Origin: Solihabitans fulvus
GTDB lineage: Bacteria > Actinomycetota > Actinomycetes > Mycobacteriales > Pseudonocardiaceae
DNA length: 64,000 nucleotides
Assembly (NCBI RefSeq): GCF_008386585.1
Contig: NZ_VUOB01000005.1
Span: 40,232 to 104,231 of the forward strand
Reading direction: 5' to 3'
Each line of letters starts with the position of its first letter. The first letter of the stretch is position 1. Shown one piece after another: positions 35,948 through 45,483 of the stretch. Position numbers and translations under genes: made by a program. The notes beneath the pieces are model-generated. The model searched no databases. It was given only the letters and a program-made list of their open reading frames with translations, and was not told where the DNA came from.

Positions 35948-37107
35948 CCGCCCTGCCGGCGATCGACCCCGAGCAGCGACGGGCCCGCCTCGGTTCGCGG
36001 CACCTGCTGGCCGCCTCGGCCAGGGTCGACACGGCCGAGGCCGTCGCCGACGCGCTGGTCGCCCTGCACGCCACCGACCCCGCCACGGTGTTCCTGTCCG
36101 CCGGCGCCCGCCTGACCGGCCCGGGGCCGCTGCCGGTGGAGCGGGCCCTGTACGAGCGGGCCACGCTGACCCGCATGCACGGCATGCGCAACACCGTGTT
36201 CGTGGTGCCGACCGAGCTGGTGCCCGTCGTGCACTGCTCGACCACCCACGCCGTGGCGGCGCGCGAACGCAAGGGCCTGCTGGGTTTCCTCCGCGACGGC
36301 GGCTTCGACCAGGCCTGGCTCGCCGAGGTGGAGGCGGCCGCGCTCGCCGCGCTCGCCGACCGAGGCTCGGCCACCGCAGGCGAACTGGCCGCCGACGTGC
36401 CAGGCCTGGCCGAGCAGATCGTCGTCGCGGCGGGGAAACCCTACGAGGCCAAGGCGAGCGTGGTCACCAAGCTGCTGCGGGTCCTCGGCGTGGAGGGGCG
36501 GATCGTGCGGGGCCGCCCGCGCGGCTCGTGGATCAGCGGCCAGCACGAGTGGACGCTGGCCGGCGCGATGCCGGAGATCCCGGTGGCCGAAGCCCAGGCC
36601 GACCTGGTGGCGCGCTGGCTGGCCGCCTACGGTCCCGGCACCGAGGCGGACCTGAAGTGGTGGACCGGCTGGACCCTCACGGCCGTCCGCAAGGCGCTGG
36701 CCACGGTCGGCGCGGTCACCGTCGACCTCGCCGAGGGCACGGGCCACGCGCTGGCCGAGGACGTCGAGCCCGTCGCCGCCCCCGAGCCGTGGGCGGCGCT
36801 GCTGCCCGCCCTCGACCCGACGCCGATGGGCTGGCAGCACCGCGACTGGTACCTGCCCCAGGAACACCGCGCCGCGCTGTTCGACCGCTCGGGCAACATC
36901 GGCCCGACGGTGTGGTGGAACGGCCAGGTCGTCGGCGGCTGGGCGCAGCGACCCGACGGCGAGATCGCCCTGCGGCTGCTGACCGGCCTCGGCCGGGACG
37001 CGCGGGCCGCCGTCCAGGCCGAGGCCGCGCGACTGGCGGCGTGGCTGGACGGCGTCCGCGTCACGCCGCGCTTCCGCACCCCGCTGGAACGGGAACTCGC
37101 CGCCTGA
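35944..37107 (+). CDS. Winged-helix DNA-binding domain protein (DUF1006/YcaQ-like)
   Basis: ATG overlaps the ArsR stop (ATGA); the track ORF 35731.. is an in-frame upstream extension. Confidence 0.7.
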   Translation: MTALPAIDPEQRRARLGSRHLLAASARVDTAEAVADALVALHATDPATVFLSAGARLTGPGPLPVERALYERATLTRMHGMRNTVFVVPTELVPVVHCSTTHAVAARERKGLLGFLRDGGFDQAWLAEVEAAALAALADRGSATAGELAADVPGLAEQIVVAAGKPYEAKASVVTKLLRVLGVEGRIVRGRPRGSWISGQHEWTLAGAMPEIPVAEAQADLVARWLAAYGPGTEADLKWWTGWTLTAVRKALATVGAVTVDLAEGTGHALAEDVEPVAAPEPWAALLPALDPTPMGWQHRDWYLPQEHRAALFDRSGNIGPTVWWNGQVVGGWAQRPDGEIALRLLTGLGRDARAAVQAEAARLAAWLDGVRVTPRFRTPLERELAA

Positions 37108-37150
37108 CCGGACCGTGGCGAGGCCTCTTCAGTCCTCTGCTGTCGTCCGC

Positions 37151-38566
37151 TCAGTCGAAGCCCGGCGGCCTGCGGTCGGCCCACGGGCGGACGCGTTCCA
37201 GCTGCGCGGCCAGAGACAGCACCGTGCACTCGTCGTGCTGCCGGCCGACCAGCTGCACGGCCAGGGGGAGGCCCGAGGCGGTGTGGCCGGCGGGCACGGA
37301 CGCCGCCGGGTTGCCCGCGACGTTCCACAGGTGCAGGAACGCGGTGTAGCGGGACGCGGCCAGCAGCGTCGGCACGGTCGCCCTGCCCTCCCACTGGGCG
37401 CTGCGCATCGGCGGCTGAGTCAGCACCGGCGTGAGCAGCAGGTCGAACCGCCCGAAGATCCGGTTGGCGTGCTGGGCGAAACCGGCGCCCGCCCGCAGCA
37501 CCGCGCCCGCCAACGACCTCGGCAGCAGCCGGCCCATCGCCACGGTCTGCCTGGTGCGGCGGGACAGTCGGTCTGGCCGGTCCAGCTCGGCGGCGCTCAC
37601 CGCGGCGGCGTGCAGGTAGCGGGCGCTGAAGTTGAGCTGGCCGGCCGCCTCCCGCATGCCGGGGTCGGCGCGGACGACCTCGTGGCCGAGGTCGGTGAGC
37701 AGGCTCGCGGTGTCCAGCACCGCGTCGCGGACCTCGGGGTGCACCGGGACGCCGACGCCCCACGGCCGCAGCGACACCACCACGCGCAGCCTGCCGGGTT
37801 CGGTGGCGGCCGCCTCGGCGAAGCTGGTGCGGGGCGCCTGCGCGGTCACCGGGTCGCCGGGCAGGCCGCCCCACAGCTGGTCGGCGACCAGCGCCCAGTC
37901 CTGCACATGCCGGGTGATGGGGCCCGCCGCGACCAGCCCGTCCCACACCTCGCCCTTGGGGTGCAGGGAGATCCGGCCGCGCTGCGGCTTGAGCCCGAAC
38001 ACGCCGGTCGAGGCGGACGGGATGCGGATGGACCCGGCGCCGTCGGTGCCGATGGCCGCGCCGACCAGCCCGGCCGACACGGCCGCCGCCGACCCGCCGC
38101 TCGACCCGCCCGCCGAGTGCTCCGAGGACCACGGGTTGCGGGTGGTGCCGGCGAACGGACTCTGGGTGAAGGGCCACAGGCCGAGCTCGGGCATCCTGGT
38201 GCGGCCCACGATGACCGCGCCCGCGGCGCGCAGCCTGCGGACGACCTCGCCGTCGACGGGTTCCACGCGGGTGACGCCCTCAGTGCCGGTGGTCGTCGGC
38301 AGGCCGCCGATGGCCAGGTCCTCCTTCACCGCGACCGGCACGCCGAGCAGCGGCGCGTCCTCGCCGCGTGCCCTGCGCTCGTCGGCCTCGTGGGCGGCCT
38401 GGCGGGCCTGGTCGGCGAACACCAGCCGGAAGGAGTTCAGGTCCTGGTCGTAGCGCTCGATGCGGCGCAGGCACTCCGCGACCAGTTCCCGCGACGACAA
38501 CTCACCGGAGCGCAGCAACGCGGCCTGGGCGGCGGCCCCGGCGAAGCACACGTCGGTCAGGTTCAT
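37151..38566 (-). CDS. Amidase (amidase-signature family)
   Basis: Amidase signature GGSSGGSAAAVSAGLVGAAIGTDGAGSIRIPSA, with the Ser-cisSer-Lys catalytic triad context. Confidence 0.9.
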   Translation of the reverse strand: MNLTDVCFAGAAAQAALLRSGELSSRELVAECLRRIERYDQDLNSFRLVFADQARQAAHEADERRARGEDAPLLGVPVAVKEDLAIGGLPTTTGTEGVTRVEPVDGEVVRRLRAAGAVIVGRTRMPELGLWPFTQSPFAGTTRNPWSSEHSAGGSSGGSAAAVSAGLVGAAIGTDGAGSIRIPSASTGVFGLKPQRGRISLHPKGEVWDGLVAAGPITRHVQDWALVADQLWGGLPGDPVTAQAPRTSFAEAAATEPGRLRVVVSLRPWGVGVPVHPEVRDAVLDTASLLTDLGHEVVRADPGMREAAGQLNFSARYLHAAAVSAAELDRPDRLSRRTRQTVAMGRLLPRSLAGAVLRAGAGFAQHANRIFGRFDLLLTPVLTQPPMRSAQWEGRATVPTLLAASRYTAFLHLWNVAGNPAASVPAGHTASGLPLAVQLVGRQHDECTVLSLAAQLERVRPWADRRPPGFD

Positions 38567-38608
38567 GACGCGACATTAGGGGAGCGCGCGCCGGGGTGGG
38601 GGCGATAT

Positions 38609-39004
38609 TCACCGTGTGGCGCCGGCATTCGGGCGATGGTGGTGGCGGTGGCCGAACACGCGCAGGGCCAGGAAGGTCAGCGGGATGATCGGCCAGAAGA
38701 AGTGGTGCACCGGCGAGACCAGCGACAGCGTGACGAACACGGCGGCGAGCACGGCCAGCGGCACCAGCAGCCTCGGCGGCGCGAACGGGCGAGGGTCACG
38801 CGGCGGCGGGACCGGGGCCGGCAGGTCGGCGGTGAGGGGAGTCAGGTCGCCCCGGTAGCGGGCGGCGTAGGCGGCGGTGATGCGCTCGTCGGCCTCGTCG
38901 AGGGTCAGGAAGCCCTCGCCGACGGCGGCGCGCAGCCGCGTGACGATCCGTTCGCGGTCGCTGTCGGAGGCGCGGATCTGGGTGTCGCCCTGGTCGGCGG
39001 ACAT
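38609..39004 (-). CDS. DUF1707 (SHOCT-like) domain membrane protein
   Basis: Start MSADQGDTQIRASDSDRERIVTRLRAAVGEGFLTLDEADERI with RBS GAGGAG; C-terminal TM segment. Confidence 0.7.
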   Translation of the reverse strand: MSADQGDTQIRASDSDRERIVTRLRAAVGEGFLTLDEADERITAAYAARYRGDLTPLTADLPAPVPPPRDPRPFAPPRLLVPLAVLAAVFVTLSLVSPVHHFFWPIIPLTFLALRVFGHRHHHRPNAGATR

Positions 39005-39129
39005 GGCGGGCTCCTCGTGGTGTGCCTCGGTGCGGTGGCTGCCGAGTAGACGTCGATGTGGTCCATGCTGCCCCGGCTCCGGGCCCGCGTCGTCGGTCCG
39101 AGGGCGGGTCCTGCGCTGCGTATCCAGGA

Positions 39130-39789
39130 CTACGCGGTCGGCCCGGCTACGTCGCCAGGCGTAGTCCCTATGGTGTGCCGGCTGCGGTGGTCGGCGACGT
39201 GCACGCGGTTGGCGCAGCGGGTGGAGCAGAACCGGCGGCGGCCGTTGCGGGAGGTGTCGACGTAGACGATGGCGCAGTCGTGCCGGTCGCAGCGGCCGAG
39301 CCGGCCGCCGTCCTGACAGACGGCGTGGGCGAGGCCGGCGGCGGTGTAGGCGCGCAGTCGCCTGTCCACGGGGTCGTGCTCGTTGGCGAAGTGCAGGTGC
39401 GGTGGCCGGCCGTCGTGCCGGGAGATGTAGGGCTGCGCCGCCGCGTCGGCCAGCAGCGCGTTGACGAGGTCGGTCTGCCGGTCGATGTCGGGTTCGCCGA
39501 ACACCTCGTCGAGCCGCCGGGCCCAGCCGGTGAGCGTGGCGGCCTGCTCGGCGGAGACCGCGCCCAGCGGCTTGTAGTCGAACTCGCGCAACAGGTCGAG
39601 CAGGCGCGACGGGGACAGGTCCCGGCCCGCGTTCACCAGCTCGGCGGCGAGTTCGGCGGCCAGACCGCCGTAAGGGTTGAAATGCACTGAACCATGACAG
39701 CACGCTGGGCGGGTGATTGCCAACGCCGCCACCCGAACCCAGCCCCACTGCCCCTCCTGCGGATGGCCGGCGGCCGCGCCGAACGCCAC
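39130..39789 (-). CDS. CGNR zinc-finger (ABATE-domain) protein
   Basis: C-terminal motif GRCDRHDCAIVYVDTSRNGRRRFCSTRCANRVHV. An alternative GTG start at 39687 gives a 186-aa product. Confidence 0.7.
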   Translation of the reverse strand: MAFGAAAGHPQEGQWGWVRVAALAITRPACCHGSVHFNPYGGLAAELAAELVNAGRDLSPSRLLDLLREFDYKPLGAVSAEQAATLTGWARRLDEVFGEPDIDRQTDLVNALLADAAAQPYISRHDGRPPHLHFANEHDPVDRRLRAYTAAGLAHAVCQDGGRLGRCDRHDCAIVYVDTSRNGRRRFCSTRCANRVHVADHRSRHTIGTTPGDVAGPTA

Positions 39790-40010
39790 CCACCGCAGCT
39801 CCCAGGGGTCCGTCGGCTACCAGCGGTGCGTGTGCGGGCGCTGGCTCGTGCTCGTCGACGGCCGCGTCGTCGGCGGGGCCGGCCGCTCGGAGTTCTGCGC
39901 CTGACGCGGCCCGGGGCGAGCGGGTGCGAGCCCCCGGCACCGGCCGTCGATCATCCACAGTGGACCCCAGATCACCACAGGCGTGGTGGTACCGCTAGGG
40001 TCCTGGACCC

Positions 40011-40706
40011 ATGACGATCTCTCGGGAAGATCGACAGCGCGGGGCGAGGCGCCCGCGCGGATCCCGCCGCGACCTGCTCGCCGACGCGGCCATCACCGTG
40101 CTGGCCAGAGACGGCGGGCGTGGCCTGACCCACCGCGCCGTCGACCGCGAGGCCGAGGTTCCCGAGGGCACCACCAAGAACTACTTTCCCACCAGGGAGA
40201 GCCTGCTCAACGCCGCGGCGCGCCGGATGGCCGAGCAGCACCGCACCGCCGTGCACCAGCTGCGCGACAGCACCCCGCCCTCGGTGACCGCCACCGAGAT
40301 CAGCGAGCTCTACCCCGCACTGCTGCGCCGCGCGGTGGACGGCGACCCCACCCAGATCCTGGCCATGTTCGAGCTCTACCTGGAGGCGGTGCGCAGGCCC
40401 GGCGTCCGGGAGGCGCTGGGGGAGATGGCGGTGGCCAACGCCAACGCTGGTGTCGACCTGCACCACGCCGCCGGGCTGCCGACCTCCGCCAAGGACGCCG
40501 GGCTGCTCGACGCCTACTTCCTCGGCGTCGCCGTCTCGCTGCTCGCGCTGCCCGTCGAGGCGCTGCGCGCGGTCGGCCTCGACGACACCTACGCGCTGGG
40601 CCTTGGCCTGTTCGCCGCCACCGTGCCGCGCGCCGCGCCGGCCGAGCAGCTGCCGCTGTTCGACGAGCCGCTCAACGAGCCCGGCGACGAGCGCAGGACC
40701 GGCTGA
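40011..40706 (+). CDS. TetR-family transcriptional regulator
   Basis: HTH region LTHRAVDREAEVPEGTTKNYF. Confidence 0.85.
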   Translation: MTISREDRQRGARRPRGSRRDLLADAAITVLARDGGRGLTHRAVDREAEVPEGTTKNYFPTRESLLNAAARRMAEQHRTAVHQLRDSTPPSVTATEISELYPALLRRAVDGDPTQILAMFELYLEAVRRPGVREALGEMAVANANAGVDLHHAAGLPTSAKDAGLLDAYFLGVAVSLLALPVEALRAVGLDDTYALGLGLFAATVPRAAPAEQLPLFDEPLNEPGDERRTG

Positions 40707-40804
40707 CCGAGGGTTCGCCCAGAAAAGGTCGCCAGAAAAAGGTCGCCCAAAAAAAGTCCGGCGGAGCCCGTCGGAATCCGCCCGCCCCGAACGACGATGG
40801 GGAT

Positions 40805-41329
40805 GTGAACCAACCGCGGCGGGTGGCACCCGATCCGGGGTTCGCGCTGCTGGAGCTCTACGACGCGGCGCTGCCCCAGGTGTACGGGTACCTGCTGGCC
40901 CGCTGCGGCCGGCGAGAACTGGCCGAGGACCTGACCGCCGAGACGTTCCTGGCCGCCGTGGACGCCACCCGCCGGGTGCCGACCCCTGCGGTCAGCGTGG
41001 CCTGGCTGGTCGGGGTGGCCAGGCACAAGCTGGTGGACCACTGGCGGCGGCAGGAACGCGAGCAGCGCGGCCTGCGCCTGGCCAGCCAGGACTGCCCCGA
41101 GCACGACGACCCCTGGGGCGCCGCCCTGGACGCCCTGCGGGTCGAGGCGGTCCTCGCCGCGCTCGGCCCGCACCACCGCGCCGCGCTGACCCTGCGCTAC
41201 CTCGACGGGCTGCCGGTGCCGCAGGTCGCCAAACACCTGCGCCGCACCGTGCACGCCACCGAGGCGCTGCTGACCAGGGCCCGCGCCGCGTTCCGACACG
41301 CATACGACACGGAGGAGGGACCGCGATGA
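40805..41329 (+). CDS. ECF-type RNA polymerase sigma-70 factor
   Basis: Region 2 (YGYLLARCG...AEDLTAETF) and region 4 (LTLRYLDGLPVPQVAKHL). GTG start; the track merges it with an upstream spurious ORF. Confidence 0.8.
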   Translation: MNQPRRVAPDPGFALLELYDAALPQVYGYLLARCGRRELAEDLTAETFLAAVDATRRVPTPAVSVAWLVGVARHKLVDHWRRQEREQRGLRLASQDCPEHDDPWGAALDALRVEAVLAALGPHHRAALTLRYLDGLPVPQVAKHLRRTVHATEALLTRARAAFRHAYDTEEGPR

Positions 41330-42231
41330 CCGACCCGTTCGACGCCCTCCGCCTGCCCGTGACACCCGTGACCCCAGACCCCCGTTTCGCCGAGCGGCTG
41401 CGCGCCCGACTGGAGCGCGCGCTGCTGGAACCAAGGAGCACACCCATGACCACCACCACCGACCAGGCCGCCCTCGACGTGCCGCTCGCGACCCTGACCC
41501 CCTACCTGGCCGTCGACGACGCGCGCGGCGCCCTGGACTTCTACGTCGAGGCGTTCGGGGCGCGGCGGCGCGGCGAGCCGATCGTGATGGAGGACGGCCG
41601 GATCGGGCACGCCGAGCTGGCCGTCGGCGGGTCGGTGCTGATGCTGGCCGACGAGTTCCCCGAGCTCGGTCTGCTCGGCCCGAGGGCGCGGGGCGGGGTG
41701 AGCCAGTCGCTGCGGCTCCAGGTCGCCGACGTGGACGAGGCGGTGCGCCGCGCGATGCAGCGGGGCGCGGCGCTGGTCCGGGCCGTCGCGGACTACCCGC
41801 ACGGCCGGCAGGGCGCGGTGGACGATCCGTTCGGCCACCGGTGGATCCTCGCGTCCGCGCCCACCGCCGCGCGGCCGGCGGAGCCCGAGCCGGTGCCCGG
41901 CCACGGTGACGTCGCCTACATCACCCATGTCGTGCCCGACACGGCCGCCGCGCGGCGGTTCTACGGCGAGGTGCTCGGCTGGCGATACGCGGCGGGCAGC
42001 GCCGAGGACGGCTGGCACATCGAGGGGACCGCGCCGATGGCCGGCCTCGGCGGCGGCGCGACCAGGCCCGAGGTGCAGCTGTGCTACCAGGTCGACGACC
42101 TGGCCGAGGCGCTGCGTCGGGTCCGCGAGCAGGGCGGCGAGGCCGGCGAGCCCGCGCCGCGCCCCTACGGTTTGATGGCGGACTGCGTGGACAACCAGGG
42201 GGCCAGGTTCTACCTGCTCCAGTCCAGCTGA
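41326..42231 (+). CDS. Tandem VOC/glyoxalase-like domain protein, translationally coupled to the ECF sigma factor gene
   Basis: ATG overlaps the sigma-factor stop (ATGA). Two VOC-like halves (HAELAVGGSVLMLADEF ... ; HVVPDTAAARRFYGEVLGW). Confidence 0.65.
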   Translation: MTDPFDALRLPVTPVTPDPRFAERLRARLERALLEPRSTPMTTTTDQAALDVPLATLTPYLAVDDARGALDFYVEAFGARRRGEPIVMEDGRIGHAELAVGGSVLMLADEFPELGLLGPRARGGVSQSLRLQVADVDEAVRRAMQRGAALVRAVADYPHGRQGAVDDPFGHRWILASAPTAARPAEPEPVPGHGDVAYITHVVPDTAAARRFYGEVLGWRYAAGSAEDGWHIEGTAPMAGLGGGATRPEVQLCYQVDDLAEALRRVREQGGEAGEPAPRPYGLMADCVDNQGARFYLLQSS

Positions 42232-42413
42232 CCAGCGGCGGAGCGAGCTTCGTAGTCCAACTCGCTCGGATCAGCCACCCAAGATCAGTCCCGCCGAGAC
42301 CGTCACGCACACTCTCGCTGCGGTCGAGGCCGGCCACGAGGAGGTCCACGCGGACCGACTCACCCGAGGCGCCACGACCGCGCTCTCGCAACCGGCTAGA
42401 AGGGACACCCGAA

Positions 42414-43328
42414 GTGAAGGCTGTCAGGATCCATAGCAAGGGTGGCCACGAAGGTCTCGTCCACGAGGACGCGCCGACCCCGACCCCCGCGACCGGCGAC
42501 GTGCTCGTCGAGGTGCGCGCGGCCAGCTTCGTGCCCGACGAGCTGGACTGGGGCAGCACCTGGACCGACCGGGCCGGGCGGGACCGCACCCCGTCGGTGC
42601 CGGCCCACGAGGTGGCTGGTGTCGTGTCCGAGGTTCCGGTCGGCACCAGCGGTTTCGCCGTCAACGACCGGGTCTTCGGCCTGACCGACTGGCACCGCGA
42701 CGGCGCGGCAGCCGAGTTCGTCGCGGTGGAGGCACGCAGCCTCGCGCGCATGCCGGAGTCCCTGGACTTCACGCAGGCCGCCGCGCTGCCGCTGATCGGC
42801 CTCACCGCCTGGCAGGGCCTGTTCGACCACGGCGGCCTCACGGCCGGGCAGACCGTGGTCGTGCACGGCGCGGGCGGCGGCACCGGTTCGATCGTGGTCC
42901 AGCTCGCCGCGCACGCCGGGGCCCGGGTCATCGCCACCGGCCGGGGCAAGGCCGCCGACCTGGCCAGGCAGCTGGGCGCCGACACGTTCGTCGACCTGGA
43001 GAAGGAGCGGATCGAGGACGCGGTGGGGCAGGTGGACCTGGTGTTCGACACCATCGGCGGCGACCTGCTGGCCAGGTCGGCCGGGATCGTCCGGCCCGGC
43101 GGGGTGCTCGTCTCCATCTACGAGCCGCCGCCGGTCGTGCCCGAGGGCGGCCGGGCCGCGTTCTTCGTCGTGGAGCCCAACCGCGAGCAGCTGGTGCAGC
43201 TCGCCGAGCTGGCCGACACCGCGGGGCTGCGCCCGCACGTGGGGGCCGTCTACCCGCTGGCCGACACCGCGGAGGCGTTCGCCGCTAAGCAGCGCGGCAT
43301 TCCCGGCAAGGTCGTGCTCCAGGCCTGA
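42414..43328 (+). CDS. MDR-family NADPH-dependent oxidoreductase (quinone oxidoreductase-like), intact paralog
   Basis: GTG start after RBS GAAGGGA; cofactor-binding motif VVVHGAGGGTGS. Confidence 0.85.
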   Translation: MKAVRIHSKGGHEGLVHEDAPTPTPATGDVLVEVRAASFVPDELDWGSTWTDRAGRDRTPSVPAHEVAGVVSEVPVGTSGFAVNDRVFGLTDWHRDGAAAEFVAVEARSLARMPESLDFTQAAALPLIGLTAWQGLFDHGGLTAGQTVVVHGAGGGTGSIVVQLAAHAGARVIATGRGKAADLARQLGADTFVDLEKERIEDAVGQVDLVFDTIGGDLLARSAGIVRPGGVLVSIYEPPPVVPEGGRAAFFVVEPNREQLVQLAELADTAGLRPHVGAVYPLADTAEAFAAKQRGIPGKVVLQA

Positions 43329-43336
43329 CCCGGCGG

Positions 43337-44251
43337 CTACCGGCCGAGCACCGGGGCGAGGCCGACCGCGACGGGCGCGGTGGGGACGGCGGGCTCCTTG
43401 CCGCAGCTGGCCGGCCGGGCGGGCGGCAACGCCCGCTCGGCGACCCGCACCAGCCACGCCCGGCCGTCGCGGTGCTCGACCCGCACGGACCAGCTGTCGT
43501 CGGACTCGCGGTCCTCGGCGCGCACGACCAGCACGTCGGCGTCCTCGCCGAGGTGCTCGCGCACCGCGAGTTCGGCGGCCTGGCCCGGCCGCGACCAGCA
43601 GGACCGGCCACGGCAGCGGTCCGCGACGACGCGGCCCGCCGCCGTGGCGCTCAGCAGCTCCTCGCCGGCGGCGAGGTCGAGCCGCCCGTAGAGGTAGCCG
43701 GTGGGCAGCAGCAGCCCGGTCGGCGCGAACCGGTGGCCGCCGGTGTGGGTGCACTCCCACACCGCGTCCGGGTGGCGCTGCGCCATGGCCAGCGCGATCG
43801 GGCGTCCCAGCGCCGCGCAGCACAGATCGCGACGTCCGTTGGTGCACACCAGCAGCAGCGGGTCCGCGCGCGGCGCGCCGAAGCCCGGAGCCGTGCCCGA
43901 GCCGACGGCGGCGAGGTCCAGATCGAGCAGCTGCTTGGGGTCGGTGATGTCGGCCTGTTCCAGCCACCGCGACTCGGGATCCACGCCGGCCAGGTAGACG
44001 CGGCGGCGGGTGGGGCGGCCGGTGTCGGCGTGCCGGCCGGGCCTGCGGATCAGCAGCATCCGCACCCCGGTGCCCCGCACCCGCCTGGCCAGCTCGGCGG
44101 CGAGCCCGGGGTCGAGGTGGCTATCGGTCAGCGCGTCGGGCCCCCATGGCCCTGGTTGTTCCAGGCACAGCCATGCCGTGGCGAGGGCGGCGGTGCCGGC
44201 CAGCGGCTCGGCCAGCTCGGCGGACACCGCGGCGCACCGGATCTCGGGCAT
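43337..44251 (-). CDS. Sucrase/ferredoxin-like family protein
   Basis: Motif LLLVCTNGRRDLCCAALGRP. Start MPEIRCAAV at 44251; the track ORF extends 11 aa upstream. Confidence 0.7.
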   Translation of the reverse strand: MPEIRCAAVSAELAEPLAGTAALATAWLCLEQPGPWGPDALTDSHLDPGLAAELARRVRGTGVRMLLIRRPGRHADTGRPTRRRVYLAGVDPESRWLEQADITDPKQLLDLDLAAVGSGTAPGFGAPRADPLLLVCTNGRRDLCCAALGRPIALAMAQRHPDAVWECTHTGGHRFAPTGLLLPTGYLYGRLDLAAGEELLSATAAGRVVADRCRGRSCWSRPGQAAELAVREHLGEDADVLVVRAEDRESDDSWSVRVEHRDGRAWLVRVAERALPPARPASCGKEPAVPTAPVAVGLAPVLGR

Positions 44252-44408
44252 GGGCTCCCCCTGACACTCGCCCTGGCCACCCAACCTACCCGGCGCGGAT
44301 CTCGGATCCGGCCGCCGCGTGCGCGGGGCGAGGCTTCCGTTCCAGGGCCGGACGGGCTAACGTCCAGTCAGTCGATAGGGAAATCAAACTGACTTCGGAT
44401 CGGGCGGC

Positions 44409-45431
44409 ATGCCACCAACACCAGAGATCACCGAGCACGTCCTGACCACCCCGACCCACACCACGCGCTACCTCGCCGCCGGACCCCAGGACGGCCCGCC
44501 GCTGGTGTTCGTGCACGGCTGGCCCGCGCAGGCCTCGACCTGGCGGCACCAGCTCACCCACTTCGCCGCGCTCGGCCACCGCGCCATCGCCCCGGACCTG
44601 CGCGGCTACGGCGGCTCCACCGTGCACACCGTGCCGGAGGCCTACGCCCAGGAACACGTCGTCGGCGACATGCTCGCCCTGCTCGACCACCTCGGACACC
44701 GCGCCGCCGTGTGGGTCGGCCACGACTGGGGCAGCGCCACGGTGTGGAACATCGCCAGCCACCACCCCGACCGCTGCGTCGCGGTCGCCAACCTCTGCGT
44801 GCCCTACCGCACCCTCGAACACGGCCTCCCGACGCTGGTGTCGCTGGTCGACCGCCACCGCTATCCCGCCGCCGAGTACCCGACGGGCCAGTTCGACTAC
44901 TTCACCCAGCACGTCGATCACCCCGACACGGTCGCCGCGGTGTTCGACGCCGAGCCGGCCAACACCGTCAGGGCCCTCTACCGGCGCGGCAACCCCGCCG
45001 GCCGCGACGCGGTGTTCCGCACCGCCACCGTCACCCGCGACGGCGGCTGGTTCGGCGGCGCGCCCAGCGCGCCCGACGTCCCGCTCGACCCCGCCGTGCT
45101 GACCGAGGACGACCTCGCCGAGCTGACGGAGTCGTTGGCCCGCAACGGTTTCACCGGTCCGGACAGCTACTACCGCAACGACGCGGCGAACGCGGCCTAC
45201 GCGGCGCTTGCCGGCAACGGGGGATACCTGGACCTGCCGGTCCTGTTCGTGGAGGCCACCTACGACTACGTCTGCGACACGGCGACCTCCGACCTCGCCC
45301 TGCCCATGCGGCAGTACTGCCGCGATCTGACCGAGCGCTCGGTGGACGCGGGCCACTGGGTGGCCCAGGAACGCCCCGAGGAGGTCAACGCCGCGCTCGC
45401 CCAGTGGTTGACCGAGCGGGTTCCCGGGTGA
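44409..45431 (+). CDS. Alpha/beta hydrolase, epoxide-hydrolase-like
   Basis: Motifs HGWP (oxyanion hole), GHDWGS (nucleophile elbow) and a C-terminal His. Confidence 0.85.
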   Translation: MPPTPEITEHVLTTPTHTTRYLAAGPQDGPPLVFVHGWPAQASTWRHQLTHFAALGHRAIAPDLRGYGGSTVHTVPEAYAQEHVVGDMLALLDHLGHRAAVWVGHDWGSATVWNIASHHPDRCVAVANLCVPYRTLEHGLPTLVSLVDRHRYPAAEYPTGQFDYFTQHVDHPDTVAAVFDAEPANTVRALYRRGNPAGRDAVFRTATVTRDGGWFGGAPSAPDVPLDPAVLTEDDLAELTESLARNGFTGPDSYYRNDAANAAYAALAGNGGYLDLPVLFVEATYDYVCDTATSDLALPMRQYCRDLTERSVDAGHWVAQERPEEVNAALAQWLTERVPG

Positions 45432-45483
45432 TCTTCGTCCCCGGACGCGGCGACCGTTGGACCGGTTGGGTTAGTTTCGGCCG

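Noticed and set aside
37115-39958. 644-aa (+) ORF antisense to the amidase gene and the N-terminal 318 aa of the 449-aa ORF 38609-39958
   Set aside because: Spurious frames. The DUF1707 gene is only the last 131 aa (start 39004, with RBS).
39972-40829. 285-aa minus-strand ORF
   Set aside because: Antisense to a well-supported TetR gene.
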